From Candidatus Omnitrophota bacterium (GTDB lineage Bacteria > Omnitrophota > Gorgyraeia > Gygaellales > Profunditerraquicolaceae), in contig JBAZKL010000006.1 in assembly GCA_041650835.1 (NCBI GenBank), positions 1,449-65,448 on the forward strand: a stretch of DNA of 64,000 bases. Reading direction: 5' to 3'. Positions 8,332 to 17,546 of this stretch are shown piece after piece (within the stretch, counting starts at the first letter, position 1; each line of letters starts with the position of its first letter). Position numbers and translations under genes: made by a program. Under the pieces are notes generated by a model, which ran no database searches, was not told the origin of the DNA, and saw nothing but the letters and a program-made list of their open reading frames with translations.

Positions 8332-10384
8332 TGTTCAATAAAGGCTTTCCCGGGGTATCAGGGGGAAACTGGATGCCGTATAACTTCAAGATAGTCGGAG
8401 ATAGATCTATTATCGCGGGCTCTGTAAGGCCAAGCTTTTTGTTGCTGAATATCACTCCCGGCACGAAATGCGGGTCGACCAAATGGTCGCCGCTCCATTT
8501 GCGCTTATTATCGTCGATGAGCGTCCGGGGAACCGCTCCTAACGCGGTCTGCCATGACGCGCGGTACCCCTGGTTAAACCCGACGAACAGGTCCGGGGCG
8601 TCGCCGGAGGCCTGCCCCTGGAATATCTCTTCCTGCAGATACACCGCGTATACGGCATTTTTGCCTGTTTTCTGGTCTATAAATGACAGGAGTTTTCCTT
8701 TTAATTCATTTTTCAGGGCTTTAACTTCAGATTCAGCGACGATCCCGTAATATTCCCTGGCTATTCTATTAAGGTAGATCCCTCCGAAACCCAAAGCATA
8801 TGCCTTTGTCTTTGACCAATCAATATTCTCCAGGAAGCCCGAGCTTTCCTCTGTACCCGGCTTAAGTGAGAGAAACCCCTGCTCCAAAAGCCACCGGTTA
8901 AGGTTGACCGACCGGCGAAAAGCGCTGAACCCGTGGTCAGAAAGGATAATGAGCACGGTATCTTTATCAAGCCCCTTAATGATCTTGCCCACCATCCGGT
9001 CAACTTTTTCATAATAGAGCGCGATAGTCTCTTTATAGCGGGCATCATTTTCATAAAGGGGATGCTCCTGATCGCGATACCGCCAAAACATGTGAGAAAT
9101 GACGTCAAGGGCCTCGAAATAATAAAAAAACAACCCTGATTTATGCTTTCGTAATTCATTGAAGCATATTTTCTCATGCTCACCTGTTATCTCATCAACC
9201 AGCTCCAGGAACGCGTGTTCATCAATACGCCCTTCAGTCAAAGCCCACGTGTCATACGGCATCCCTTGCGTGTAGAACAAGCCGTTTTCTTTCGCTAATT
9301 CACGGGACAGGCCTCCCGGGAAAGATATCCTAAAAAGCGGGCGCTCAGGATCAAAGTTGACCGGGCTGACATAAAGCTCAAGATCAGGAGTAATTGATCT
9401 CAGGTACATCCGAAGCACCCCATGCGCCTTACGGAACATTCCGATATCAAAAGACACCTTGACCCAGGCGCTCCAGGCGCCTTTTTTTAATTCGACGCTT
9501 TTCCCCTGCACGATAACGATAACCTTATTTTCCGCGGGGCGTAAAACGGCCTTAAGCGGGATCCGCGTTTCGACAGGGCTGCCGTTTGAAGCGACCATCG
9601 GGCCGTACAAATGATCCTCAAAACCGCCCCCATCGTCTTTGACCTGAATGATCCTACCCCTGCTCTCTCTATCTTCAGGCAACAAAGGCTTTGTAGTGTA
9701 AAAAGTGAATTTTCCCATCGTCCCCGAAATATCAGGGACACCCATACCGGAAAACATCTTTCCCATTACACGCTCAGGAGGAAAGGTGTTCGGGCAAAAA
9801 TAAATGTACGAAGGGACATTATTGCGGGAAAGGATGTTCCAGAAATTTTCGCCGTTTTTTCTATTGGTAATGACCACACCCCCGCCCTCACTATTGTTGT
9901 TGATCTCATTAAGTGCCAGATACGGGCTGTATTCGGCGGGGTTGCGCATGATAAAATCAAAGATCCCGTGGCTGCCCGGATTCTGCCCGGTCGAAAAGCT
10001 GGACCAGGCAACTATTGATTCGCTCGGATTAGTTGTAGCAAGGCGGGCATACGAACCCTTCGACTTCAAGGACGCCAGGTTCGCGAGCCTGCCTTCCCTC
10101 ATGAGTTCTTCGGTAATGTCCGCGGACATCGCGTCGATCCCTAAAACAACTACTTTTCTCTTATTACCCCCCGATATAGCTTTCATGATCAAAACTCCGC
10201 TGCTGATAAGGATTATAAGTAAAATACACGCCCCAATAAGCCTTTTCCGGGAGTTAAACCTGTGTTTGAAAAAAAACACCAGGCTGCCGAACACACCGGC
10301 CAATGCCCCTAAAAAAAGCGATGAATTCTGCCCGAATACAAAGCCCGAACCCGGATCGATATAATTAAATAAAAACTTATGCAT
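8315..10384 (-). CDS. Type I phosphodiesterase / nucleotide pyrophosphatase (NPP)-like alkaline phosphatase superfamily enzyme, membrane anchored
   Basis: 689 aa with two N-terminal TM helices. VVVLGIDAMSADITEELMREGRLANLASL...TTNPSESIVAWSSFSTG and ILSDHGFS blocks are typical of the AlkP/NPP core. Start overlaps the sulfatase-like gene stop. Confidence 0.7.
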   Translation of the reverse strand: MHKFLFNYIDPGSGFVFGQNSSLFLGALAGVFGSLVFFFKHRFNSRKRLIGACILLIILISSGVLIMKAISGGNKRKVVVLGIDAMSADITEELMREGRLANLASLKSKGSYARLATTNPSESIVAWSSFSTGQNPGSHGIFDFIMRNPAEYSPYLALNEINNNSEGGGVVITNRKNGENFWNILSRNNVPSYIYFCPNTFPPERVMGKMFSGMGVPDISGTMGKFTFYTTKPLLPEDRESRGRIIQVKDDGGGFEDHLYGPMVASNGSPVETRIPLKAVLRPAENKVIVIVQGKSVELKKGAWSAWVKVSFDIGMFRKAHGVLRMYLRSITPDLELYVSPVNFDPERPLFRISFPGGLSRELAKENGLFYTQGMPYDTWALTEGRIDEHAFLELVDEITGEHEKICFNELRKHKSGLFFYYFEALDVISHMFWRYRDQEHPLYENDARYKETIALYYEKVDRMVGKIIKGLDKDTVLIILSDHGFSAFRRSVNLNRWLLEQGFLSLKPGTEESSGFLENIDWSKTKAYALGFGGIYLNRIAREYYGIVAESEVKALKNELKGKLLSFIDQKTGKNAVYAVYLQEEIFQGQASGDAPDLFVGFNQGYRASWQTALGAVPRTLIDDNKRKWSGDHLVDPHFVPGVIFSNKKLGLTEPAIIDLSPTILKLYGIQFPPDTPGKPLLNIDEEK

Positions 10385-10390
10385 CCACTC

Positions 10391-11632
10391 CTATGAGATC
10401 ATTCCTACCGCTTCAATATCTCCCTCTTGCCCGCGCAACACAAACCTTCCTAAACTGCCGGCGGAAACGCTGTCCGCGGTCACTAACGGGTTTTCAGTTG
10501 AAACGATGATTTGCGCCAAGGTATTCTCTTCCAAGTGCCTGCGAGTTACCGTTATCTCCCGCATATCGGATGTTTCCCACGCGCGCGTTATCTCACTCAG
10601 GCGCGCCGGCGTTTCTTGAGTGCCGCACTTAAGATCATACCGGGCATCCTGGCGCAGCTGTTTCAGGCAAAAGATCTTTGCCGGAAACTCGCGGCGCACA
10701 ACCAGGCTATCGCAGCCGCAAATAACATCACCGCGCTTAAGGCAGGCCATATCACGCAATATGAGTCCCGCCCCGAAAGGGGCACTGGCATTTCTCACCG
10801 GCCTGTCCAATGCTACTATTTTCTCTACCCTGTTTTTAGTATTGCCGGGCAGAACGCGGCATGGTGACCTTAAAACAACGCTCCCGTGCGCCAGAGGGCC
10901 CACGGCGACTTTTTTCTTGTTCAGATGATAAATATCCTGGACTAAAAAAACAAACCCCGCGTTATCAAACACGGAGTGAGCCGCAAAAAGCTTCCCGCTG
11001 AAAGCTTCAGAGCTTAGAACTTCAATGAGTGAAAGGCCATTATACCATTCCATGAGCTTTGACGGTATGATAAGATTTTCCCCCTGTTTTGCCGATATCG
11101 GCACAAAGGATCCCGGGGCTAAATGAATTGATTTGAGGAACATTTCAATACCGGCTTTGCCCCTTTCAAACGCCTGCTCCTGGAAACCAACCGCGTCCAT
11201 CTTATTAAGGGCCACCACAACGCTCTTTATACCGAGAAATTCCAAAATAAAGGCCTGCCTCCTGGTCTGCTCCGCTATCGGCTTGCCGGCATCGACTACC
11301 AGCACCGCCGCGTCCGCCTGAGACGAGCCGCTGAGCATATTATGGAGCAGCTCCTGGTGGCCGGGGACGTCAATAAAAACCATCTCCAGGCCGTTCCTGG
11401 CTTTACAAAAAACCTGCGTTGTATCGATCGTGCGCTCTTCATGACGCTCTTCTTCAAGGCTGTCCAGCAAATAAGCGAACTCAAAATCCCGCCCCAAACG
11501 TTGGCAGGCAAGGGAAACTTCATCCACCATATGACGGGAAAGCGGGTTCAATTCCGATAAAAGCCTTCCGATCAAAGTCGATTTCCCCGAATCAACATCC
11601 CCCGTTACGACTATCCGTAAATATTTATTCAT
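10391..11632 (-). CDS. cysN: Sulfate adenylyltransferase subunit 1 (CysN-type GTPase), no fused APS kinase domain
   Basis: G1 motif VTGDVDSGKST and G3 DVPGHQ, NKMD G4. 413 aa, so GTPase plus beta-barrel domains only. A 5-nt gap separates it from cysD. Confidence 0.85.
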   Translation of the reverse strand: MNKYLRIVVTGDVDSGKSTLIGRLLSELNPLSRHMVDEVSLACQRLGRDFEFAYLLDSLEEERHEERTIDTTQVFCKARNGLEMVFIDVPGHQELLHNMLSGSSQADAAVLVVDAGKPIAEQTRRQAFILEFLGIKSVVVALNKMDAVGFQEQAFERGKAGIEMFLKSIHLAPGSFVPISAKQGENLIIPSKLMEWYNGLSLIEVLSSEAFSGKLFAAHSVFDNAGFVFLVQDIYHLNKKKVAVGPLAHGSVVLRSPCRVLPGNTKNRVEKIVALDRPVRNASAPFGAGLILRDMACLKRGDVICGCDSLVVRREFPAKIFCLKQLRQDARYDLKCGTQETPARLSEITRAWETSDMREITVTRRHLEENTLAQIIVSTENPLVTADSVSAGSLGRFVLRGQEGDIEAVGMIS

Positions 11633-11636
11633 GGCT

Positions 11637-12458
11637 TTACATATATCCTAACGACCGTAATTTCTGCATCATATACGCTTTTTCTTTATCCTGGACGCGC
11701 CCGGACCTCTCAGCGACGGCAGTAACGTTGAGCTCGCTCACGATCTTTTCCAGGCTGTCGGCAGATGATGCTACCGGTTGGCAGCAGCATTCACAACCGA
11801 TACTCCGGTAGCGTTGCCCTTTACGCGCAAAATAGAGGCTGACGACGGGAAGTTTTTCCTGTTTGATATACTTCCATATATCGATCTCTCTCCACCCCAG
11901 GAGCGGGTGGACCCTGAAGTGGCTTTCTTTATTTCCCCGGGTCTTATAATGCTCTGACCACAACTCCATGGACTGATTGCCATAATCCCATTTAAACTCT
12001 TTATCGCGCAGTGAAAAACACCTTTCTTTCGCCCTGATCGCGTGCTCATCCCTTCGTATAGCAACCAGTAAAGCCTTTAATCCCCGCGCTTCCACTATCT
12101 GCTTAAGCGCTTCTGTTTTTAAAGCATGACAGCACTCAAACCTGCCCTGCGAGGGAGAGATACGCTTATTGAGCGCTTCATCATTACGCGCGATGAGCAG
12201 GTCCAAACCCCATTTCCGGGCGTAACGCCTGCGAAAATCATAGATCTGTTTAAATTTAAATGTCGTATCGATATGTATGACGGGAATAGGAACCGTGCCG
12301 AGGAAGGCCTTACGCGCCAAATGCACCAATACCGTGGAATCCTTTCCCATGCTCCACAAAAGCGCTAACGCGCCGCGGTATTGCCAATACGCTTCCCTGA
12401 TGATGTAAATACTCCGGCTTTCCAGTTCAGTTAAATATAAGTTCTTTTTCATCAGCAC
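11637..12458 (-). CDS. cysD: Sulfate adenylyltransferase subunit 2 (CysD, PAPS-reductase-like ATP pyrophosphatase fold)
   Basis: PP-loop SMGKDSTV. Conserved CysD blocks (ELESRSIYIIREAY, WEHALLG-like LLGWREIDIWKYI). 273 aa. Confidence 0.85.
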   Translation of the reverse strand: MLMKKNLYLTELESRSIYIIREAYWQYRGALALLWSMGKDSTVLVHLARKAFLGTVPIPVIHIDTTFKFKQIYDFRRRYARKWGLDLLIARNDEALNKRISPSQGRFECCHALKTEALKQIVEARGLKALLVAIRRDEHAIRAKERCFSLRDKEFKWDYGNQSMELWSEHYKTRGNKESHFRVHPLLGWREIDIWKYIKQEKLPVVSLYFARKGQRYRSIGCECCCQPVASSADSLEKIVSELNVTAVAERSGRVQDKEKAYMMQKLRSLGYM

Positions 12459-12467
12459 ACGGATCGC

Positions 12468-13346
12468 TTATTTACAAAGCATGCCCCGCAAAGGCCCCGG
12501 CCCCGAGACGCAGGAGCGGCGCATGTATTTGTTGGTTATAAATAAATACGCTGTTCTCGGCAGGTCATACGCGCACGCCGTAAAAACATCGTCCCAAAAA
12601 AACCGTTTATCGTTCTTAGAGATCAATAAGCGCCTGTTCTTAAAACAAAGGTATTGCCGCAACTTCTTATCAGCCCGTGAACTATTCCCCTGATGAAAAC
12701 ATTCCGCCTGAGGATAATACCACGCGCTGTACCCGCTCCTGCGCGCTCTCCATGCCAGGTCAACATCTTCAACGAGGAAGAAAAATCTTTCATCAAAAAA
12801 TCCGGTCTCTTCCTTGACCTTCAAAAGCATCGCCTTCTTATACACTGCCGCGGCGGCGCAGGCCCCAAAGACGGGTTTACGCCTGCTGAAGGCCGCTCCA
12901 TCGCGGCGGCCGCTGCCGATATCGCGGAACCTGCGAAAATAAGTAAGCTCTATTCCGGCGGAATATATCGTCTTCTTATCAACGCGCAAGATCTTAGGCT
13001 GTATGATCCCCGTATCCGGCGGCAAAGAGGCGATCGCCTTCTTTACCTGGGCGAGGAAATCCTCACCCAGGACACAATCGCAATCCAAGGTTAAAACCCA
13101 ATCTCCCCCGCACGCTTCTATCCCCTGGTTCCTCGCTCCGGCTGCCCCAAGGTTAGAGGCATTTTCGATAAGTTTAACGCGCGGATACGCGCTTCTTATA
13201 AAACCCGCGGTGCCGTCCTGAGAGCCGTTATCGACGACAATGAGCTCATGATCATGGCATCCCTGGGCCTCAAGCGAACTTAAAGCGGCTTTGAGGAACT
13301 CAATGCTATTGCAGGTTATAATTACGATTGAGAGCATCCCACTCAT
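12468..13346 (-). CDS. Family 2 glycosyltransferase
   Basis: LSIVIITCNSIEFLKAALSSLEAQGCHDHELIVVDNGSQDGT... is a classic GT2 N-terminus. The 5' end overlaps the upstream rSAM gene, so the true start may be an internal Met. Confidence 0.8.
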   Translation of the reverse strand: MSGMLSIVIITCNSIEFLKAALSSLEAQGCHDHELIVVDNGSQDGTAGFIRSAYPRVKLIENASNLGAAGARNQGIEACGGDWVLTLDCDCVLGEDFLAQVKKAIASLPPDTGIIQPKILRVDKKTIYSAGIELTYFRRFRDIGSGRRDGAAFSRRKPVFGACAAAAVYKKAMLLKVKEETGFFDERFFFLVEDVDLAWRARRSGYSAWYYPQAECFHQGNSSRADKKLRQYLCFKNRRLLISKNDKRFFWDDVFTACAYDLPRTAYLFITNKYMRRSCVSGPGPLRGMLCK

Positions 13347-14664
13347 CCTGTAATTCTTCGTTAGTTAACGACTCTGTTTGAATAATACACTTCCGGTTAC
13401 CGTCATAATCAGCCCAGTCGTATGACTTGATCGCTTCCTTCCCGCGCAGAGCGGTAAAATACTCCGTGCCGGGAAAGGGCGTGGCGAGAGAAAACTGTAA
13501 AGAATCCGGGTTTGCGGCTTGTATGAATTCCCGGGTTTCTCTTATCGATGCTTTTGTCTCACCGGGCAGGCCCAAACAGAATGTCAGATGGACTTTCACA
13601 CCGAGCTTGCGGGTAAGCTTTATTGCCTGCATGGATCTCCTGATGTTCATTTTCTTTTTACAGGCGTTCAGGACCCTTTGATTAACCGACTCAATACCGT
13701 ATTTAACCGCGTAAAGGCCTGCCTGAGCCATAGAGAGAAGCGTATCAGCGTCCATCAAATCCGCGCGCGCCATTACCGCCCAGGGGACGGAGATCCCGCG
13801 CTTCTTTATCTGCCGGCATATCCCGCAGACATGTTTCTTATCGTAATTAAACAGGTCATCGTCAAAGTATACCGCCTTAAAGCCGTAATTCCTGATCAAA
13901 AACCCCATTTCATCTACGACCTTCTCCGGGTCCCGCTTCCTGTATTTACGCTCAAAATACAGCGTTTGAGGCCATAGGCAAAAGGTGCACCTGAACGGAC
14001 ACCCGCGGCTAGAGAGCATCTGCACGTTAGGTTGAGGCAACCCGGCGAACCCGTCGTTATAATTATACAGGGGCAACGATGCTCTTTCCGGCCAGGGGAG
14101 GCTGTCCAGGTCGACGAGAGCCTTTCTTCGGGCGCTCTCATAGATACGTCCGGCCTCTCGAAAAGCTAAACCCGGCACCGGCCTTAAAGGCAGCCCCCCG
14201 CTTATCGCTGCGGCTAGATCAACCAACGCCGTTTCATATTCACCGATCAAAACAAATGAAACAAAATCATAGCGTTCAAGGATCAATCCCGGATACACGC
14301 CGGCATGAGGCCCGCACAGGGCTATCTGACAGCCGGCAAGCGCGCGCGAGAGGCTTTGAGCGATATTGATATCGTTATCGAAACTCGGAGTTGAGGTTTC
14401 TATAACGATAAGCTCCGGCATAAAAGCCCGCACTTTTTCAATAAGGCAATTTTCATCCAGGCCTTCAGCGACCGCGTCAATAAGCCCGGCGGTATGATCA
14501 TGACGGTTCAAGAGGGCAGTCGCGTAGGCGAGAAAAAAAGGGAACGGCACATACTCAAGCTTGCCCTCTTCGCGCGGCTTAACCGTAAAGGGCCAGCGGG
14601 AACCCGCCCTGACCCCTAAACGGCCGTGTTTTCTCCACGGAAGGTTCAGTAATACGATACGCAT
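13306..14664 (-). CDS. Cobalamin-binding (class B) radical SAM enzyme
   Basis: N-terminal B12-binding-like domain (RIVLLNLPWR...GVRAGSRWP) followed by an rSAM cluster CPFRCTFCLWP (CxxxCxxC). Confidence 0.85.
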   Translation of the reverse strand: MRIVLLNLPWRKHGRLGVRAGSRWPFTVKPREEGKLEYVPFPFFLAYATALLNRHDHTAGLIDAVAEGLDENCLIEKVRAFMPELIVIETSTPSFDNDINIAQSLSRALAGCQIALCGPHAGVYPGLILERYDFVSFVLIGEYETALVDLAAAISGGLPLRPVPGLAFREAGRIYESARRKALVDLDSLPWPERASLPLYNYNDGFAGLPQPNVQMLSSRGCPFRCTFCLWPQTLYFERKYRKRDPEKVVDEMGFLIRNYGFKAVYFDDDLFNYDKKHVCGICRQIKKRGISVPWAVMARADLMDADTLLSMAQAGLYAVKYGIESVNQRVLNACKKKMNIRRSMQAIKLTRKLGVKVHLTFCLGLPGETKASIRETREFIQAANPDSLQFSLATPFPGTEYFTALRGKEAIKSYDWADYDGNRKCIIQTESLTNEELQDEWDALNRNYNLQ

Positions 14665-15065
14665 TATCTTTTCAGGTCCAAATGGCGTTCTATTTTCTGA
14701 AAGAAAACATTAATATCGTCAATACTGACAGTAACGTCTTTCGTGTCGGAACTTATCTTCTCGATGTTATGCTTTAACTCCGATAACTCTTTACGCAGGA
14801 CATCATCAGACAAGGATACCACCGCATGGTTAAGCGCAAACAAAGATCCGGTAATAGTGTAAAGGAACTCCCCCATTATCCCGATCATACGGATCACCGC
14901 CGCGAGAGCAACGCTTATGACAAGTATCAGGATAGCTGTCCCCACAGACTTGATACCCGTAAACTCATAAAAAAGCGTATGCCCGCATAATACCAGCCCC
15001 GCCGCAAAGACGGCTATCGCGGCAAGGTCCAAAACGCGTGTTGTCGGCATCTTCTTTCTTTTCAT
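14664..15065 (-). CDS. Small integral membrane protein with C-terminal coiled coil, unknown function
   Basis: 133 aa with three hydrophobic helices and a charged helical tail. Tightly packed between the rSAM and GT2 genes in the same orientation. Confidence 0.5.
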   Translation of the reverse strand: MKRKKMPTTRVLDLAAIAVFAAGLVLCGHTLFYEFTGIKSVGTAILILVISVALAAVIRMIGIMGEFLYTITGSLFALNHAVVSLSDDVLRKELSELKHNIEKISSDTKDVTVSIDDINVFFQKIERHLDLKR

Positions 15066-15100
15066 AAATACTCCTTTTTTCTAAACGATACATGCGCTGA

Positions 15101-16372
15101 TCAAAATTCCCGGGCGGACAGCTCAATCACTTTAACGCAGGGCTTAAGGTTCCATATCCAACTGTCCAGGGAATCAAAAAAAGTCTCCAAAAACAAAGAA
15201 TTAAGATACGGATGCTTCGCCTTGAACAACAAACTCCAATCCGTATGGTTCCTGACCAGCTTCTCCAGGGCGTCCAGGAAAGCGTCATCCTCAAACGCGT
15301 CCAAAGAAAGCAGCAAATGTTTATATAAACGCCTGATAAAATTATCGCTCTTAAATTCTTTTTTCAACGCGTCTCCTGAAAGCAGGGTAAGCGCGAGGCA
15401 ATTCTGGGTAAAGGCGCTCGATTCAGGCAAAAAAGTCGGCAAATTATCTCCCGGCCGGTGAAAATGATATCCGAACGTCAGGTCAACCAACGACAACCAG
15501 CAGGTTGACGGCAAAGAATCAGGATACGGCGAAGACCGGCAAAACGACATATATTCCAGGTCCTTTAACGAATGATGGAACGCCAGCAAAAAATCCAAAT
15601 AAAGCAGCTCAGGGCGCCCGGCGGCCGCGTCTTCCCTTATAAAACGGTTTGCCAACCCCAGGTTATCCTTTACCTTAAGCAGTAATTTTTCTTCGCTGGA
15701 ATAAAAACCCCGGCTCTGATGATACGGGAAATACCATCTCCAGAAATTATTAAGCACCGAACAGGCATCATCCTGCTTACAATGATAGGCGAGCGCCTGC
15801 GGCTCGTAGGTAAAGCTATACCCTGACATAAACAATCGGCCGCAAATATCGACATCTTCGTAATTATTTTTTAATATTTCGTTGTAACCTCCTACATTCA
15901 CCAAAGCTTCTTTTTTAAAAACAGTGTTTGAACCGAATAAAAATGCCGGTTTATCACCGAACCCGTCCCAGTGCTGCTTCATGTGCACGCCGCGCCAGAT
16001 ATCGGCAAAGCCGGACTGGTTTCGCTCAATGAGCTTGCCCCCCGCCCCGGCGACCTCTTTCTGCTCGAAGCTGCGCATAATATGTTTGAGCCAATCTTTT
16101 TCAGGCACACAGTCCGCGTCGATGGACGCGATATATTCGGAGCTTAAATTATGTATCGCGGTGTTACGTACCGACGCCAGGCCGGCGTTATTATCGAGCC
16201 GGAGGAGCCTTACCGGATATGTTGAGGCGACCTCCGCGCTTTTATCTCTGGAACAGTCATCGATGACCAGGATATCTTTTAACGGATACGACTGCTTCAA
16301 CGCCGCTTCAATACTCTGGCCTATCGTCTTTTCGGCATTATAGCAGGGTATATAAAGGGAAACTTCTTTCAT
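15101..16372 (-). CDS. Family 2 glycosyltransferase with ~170-aa C-terminal extension
   Basis: VSLYIPCYNAEKTIGQSIEAALKQSYPLKDILVIDDCSRDKS...DADC is GT2. The C-terminal third is unassigned. Confidence 0.75.
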   Translation of the reverse strand: MKEVSLYIPCYNAEKTIGQSIEAALKQSYPLKDILVIDDCSRDKSAEVASTYPVRLLRLDNNAGLASVRNTAIHNLSSEYIASIDADCVPEKDWLKHIMRSFEQKEVAGAGGKLIERNQSGFADIWRGVHMKQHWDGFGDKPAFLFGSNTVFKKEALVNVGGYNEILKNNYEDVDICGRLFMSGYSFTYEPQALAYHCKQDDACSVLNNFWRWYFPYHQSRGFYSSEEKLLLKVKDNLGLANRFIREDAAAGRPELLYLDFLLAFHHSLKDLEYMSFCRSSPYPDSLPSTCWLSLVDLTFGYHFHRPGDNLPTFLPESSAFTQNCLALTLLSGDALKKEFKSDNFIRRLYKHLLLSLDAFEDDAFLDALEKLVRNHTDWSLLFKAKHPYLNSLFLETFFDSLDSWIWNLKPCVKVIELSAREF

Positions 16373-16382
16373 GCTGTCGCTC

Positions 16383-17546
16383 TCAATGTATTTGCTTCCT
16401 TAAGAATTCTTTCGCGGCACGGATCTCTTCTAAAACCCGAGATGCCGGTTTTTTATTCTTTTTTAAAGGATTATTTAAACGGACAAGGGTATTGAATGTT
16501 TTCTTAAAAAGGTACTGCGCGTATTGATACGCCCTGAAATACTGGCGCTTGTAGAATTTAGGCTGTTTTATTTTTTGAGCTTTGAGAGCTATCATTTCAG
16601 GGATACTATCCACACCGTACTGCGTGTCATAGCAACTCATAAGGCAGCCTGAACATTTATCTTTCAGCACGGATCCCCGCAACAGCTCATGGGCAGCCGA
16701 TCCCCAGATCTGCGTGATCTTTTTGTCCTTACAGTTGCCGATAACGATCTCCGAAAGCACCCAGCAAAGATGTATGTCCCCCCCTGATGAGATCGGGCAC
16801 GACGCCCATAAAGCGGAGCATTGGGCACCGGTATCGCGCCGCCTGGTTCCCGTAAGGTAGGCGGGGATATTGCGCAGGTAAGCAGCCGGGTTCGTGGAAA
16901 TCCTGTATTTCCTGGAAAGCTCTATGACTTTTTCAATGCTTCTTAAGATATCACCCCGCGCTTTTTCTTCGCATAAGAACCGGCTGGAACAGGATTTATC
17001 GTTTAAGAATATATCGCTAAAGGGCTGGAATTTTACCGTCGTTACCCCAAAACGGGCGGCCAATTCCATAACTTCAGCAAGGACGCTGAAATTCAGCTTG
17101 CAGACCATGGTAGCGATCGTAGTTTCGATCTTATGGCTGCGCAAGTTTTCCAAAGCCAAAAGCGCTTTATCATAATTACCGCGCCCGCGCAGCGCGTCAT
17201 GGGCCTCCCGCGTGCCCTCGATAGAAATATTGACCACCCCTATACCCGTTGAGGCAAGCATGGCAGCCGTTTCATCGGTTATCATCGTACCGTTGGACGT
17301 AAGGCAGGTATTGACCTTACGATGGTTGGCGAACGCGATCAATTCACCGATATCAGGGCGCACGAGGGGCTCCCCTCCGCTAAAAACGATCGTGCGGGGA
17401 TGCAGCTCGATAATATCCTCTATCAAGCCTTTAAGCTCAGACGTCGTCATTTCCGGAGCGCTCGTCATGGGTATCTGGCACATCGCGCAGCGTAAATTGC
17501 AGCGGTTCGTGATCGAAATAATTACTTCCGTTAATCTCTTTTCCAT
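16383..17546 (-). CDS. Radical SAM enzyme with SPASM-type C-terminal Cys cluster
   Basis: ITNRCNLRCAMCQIP (CxxxCxxC) near the N-terminus. C-terminal CSALWASCPISSGGDIHLCW...GNCKDK...CSGCLMSC gives seven Cys in a SPASM pattern. Confidence 0.85.
   Translation of the reverse strand: MEKRLTEVIISITNRCNLRCAMCQIPMTSAPEMTTSELKGLIEDIIELHPRTIVFSGGEPLVRPDIGELIAFANHRKVNTCLTSNGTMITDETAAMLASTGIGVVNISIEGTREAHDALRGRGNYDKALLALENLRSHKIETTIATMVCKLNFSVLAEVMELAARFGVTTVKFQPFSDIFLNDKSCSSRFLCEEKARGDILRSIEKVIELSRKYRISTNPAAYLRNIPAYLTGTRRRDTGAQCSALWASCPISSGGDIHLCWVLSEIVIGNCKDKKITQIWGSAAHELLRGSVLKDKCSGCLMSCYDTQYGVDSIPEMIALKAQKIKQPKFYKRQYFRAYQYAQYLFKKTFNTLVRLNNPLKKNKKPASRVLEEIRAAKEFLRKQIH

Noticed and set aside
9804-10364. 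186-aa plus-strand ORF inside the NPP-like gene, and similar long antisense ORFs (23981-24790, 17212-17772, 28113-29102, 61333-61953)
   Set aside because: Each lies fully antisense to a well-supported minus-strand gene with clear domain motifs. Their translations are low-complexity (Ser/Pro/Arg-rich) without motifs, typical of spurious shadow ORFs in GC-moderate DNA.
10391-11632. Fused CysN-CysC (NodQ-like) protein providing APS kinase
   Set aside because: The ORF is only 413 aa and ends after the EF-Tu-like beta-barrel domains. No P-loop kinase domain follows.
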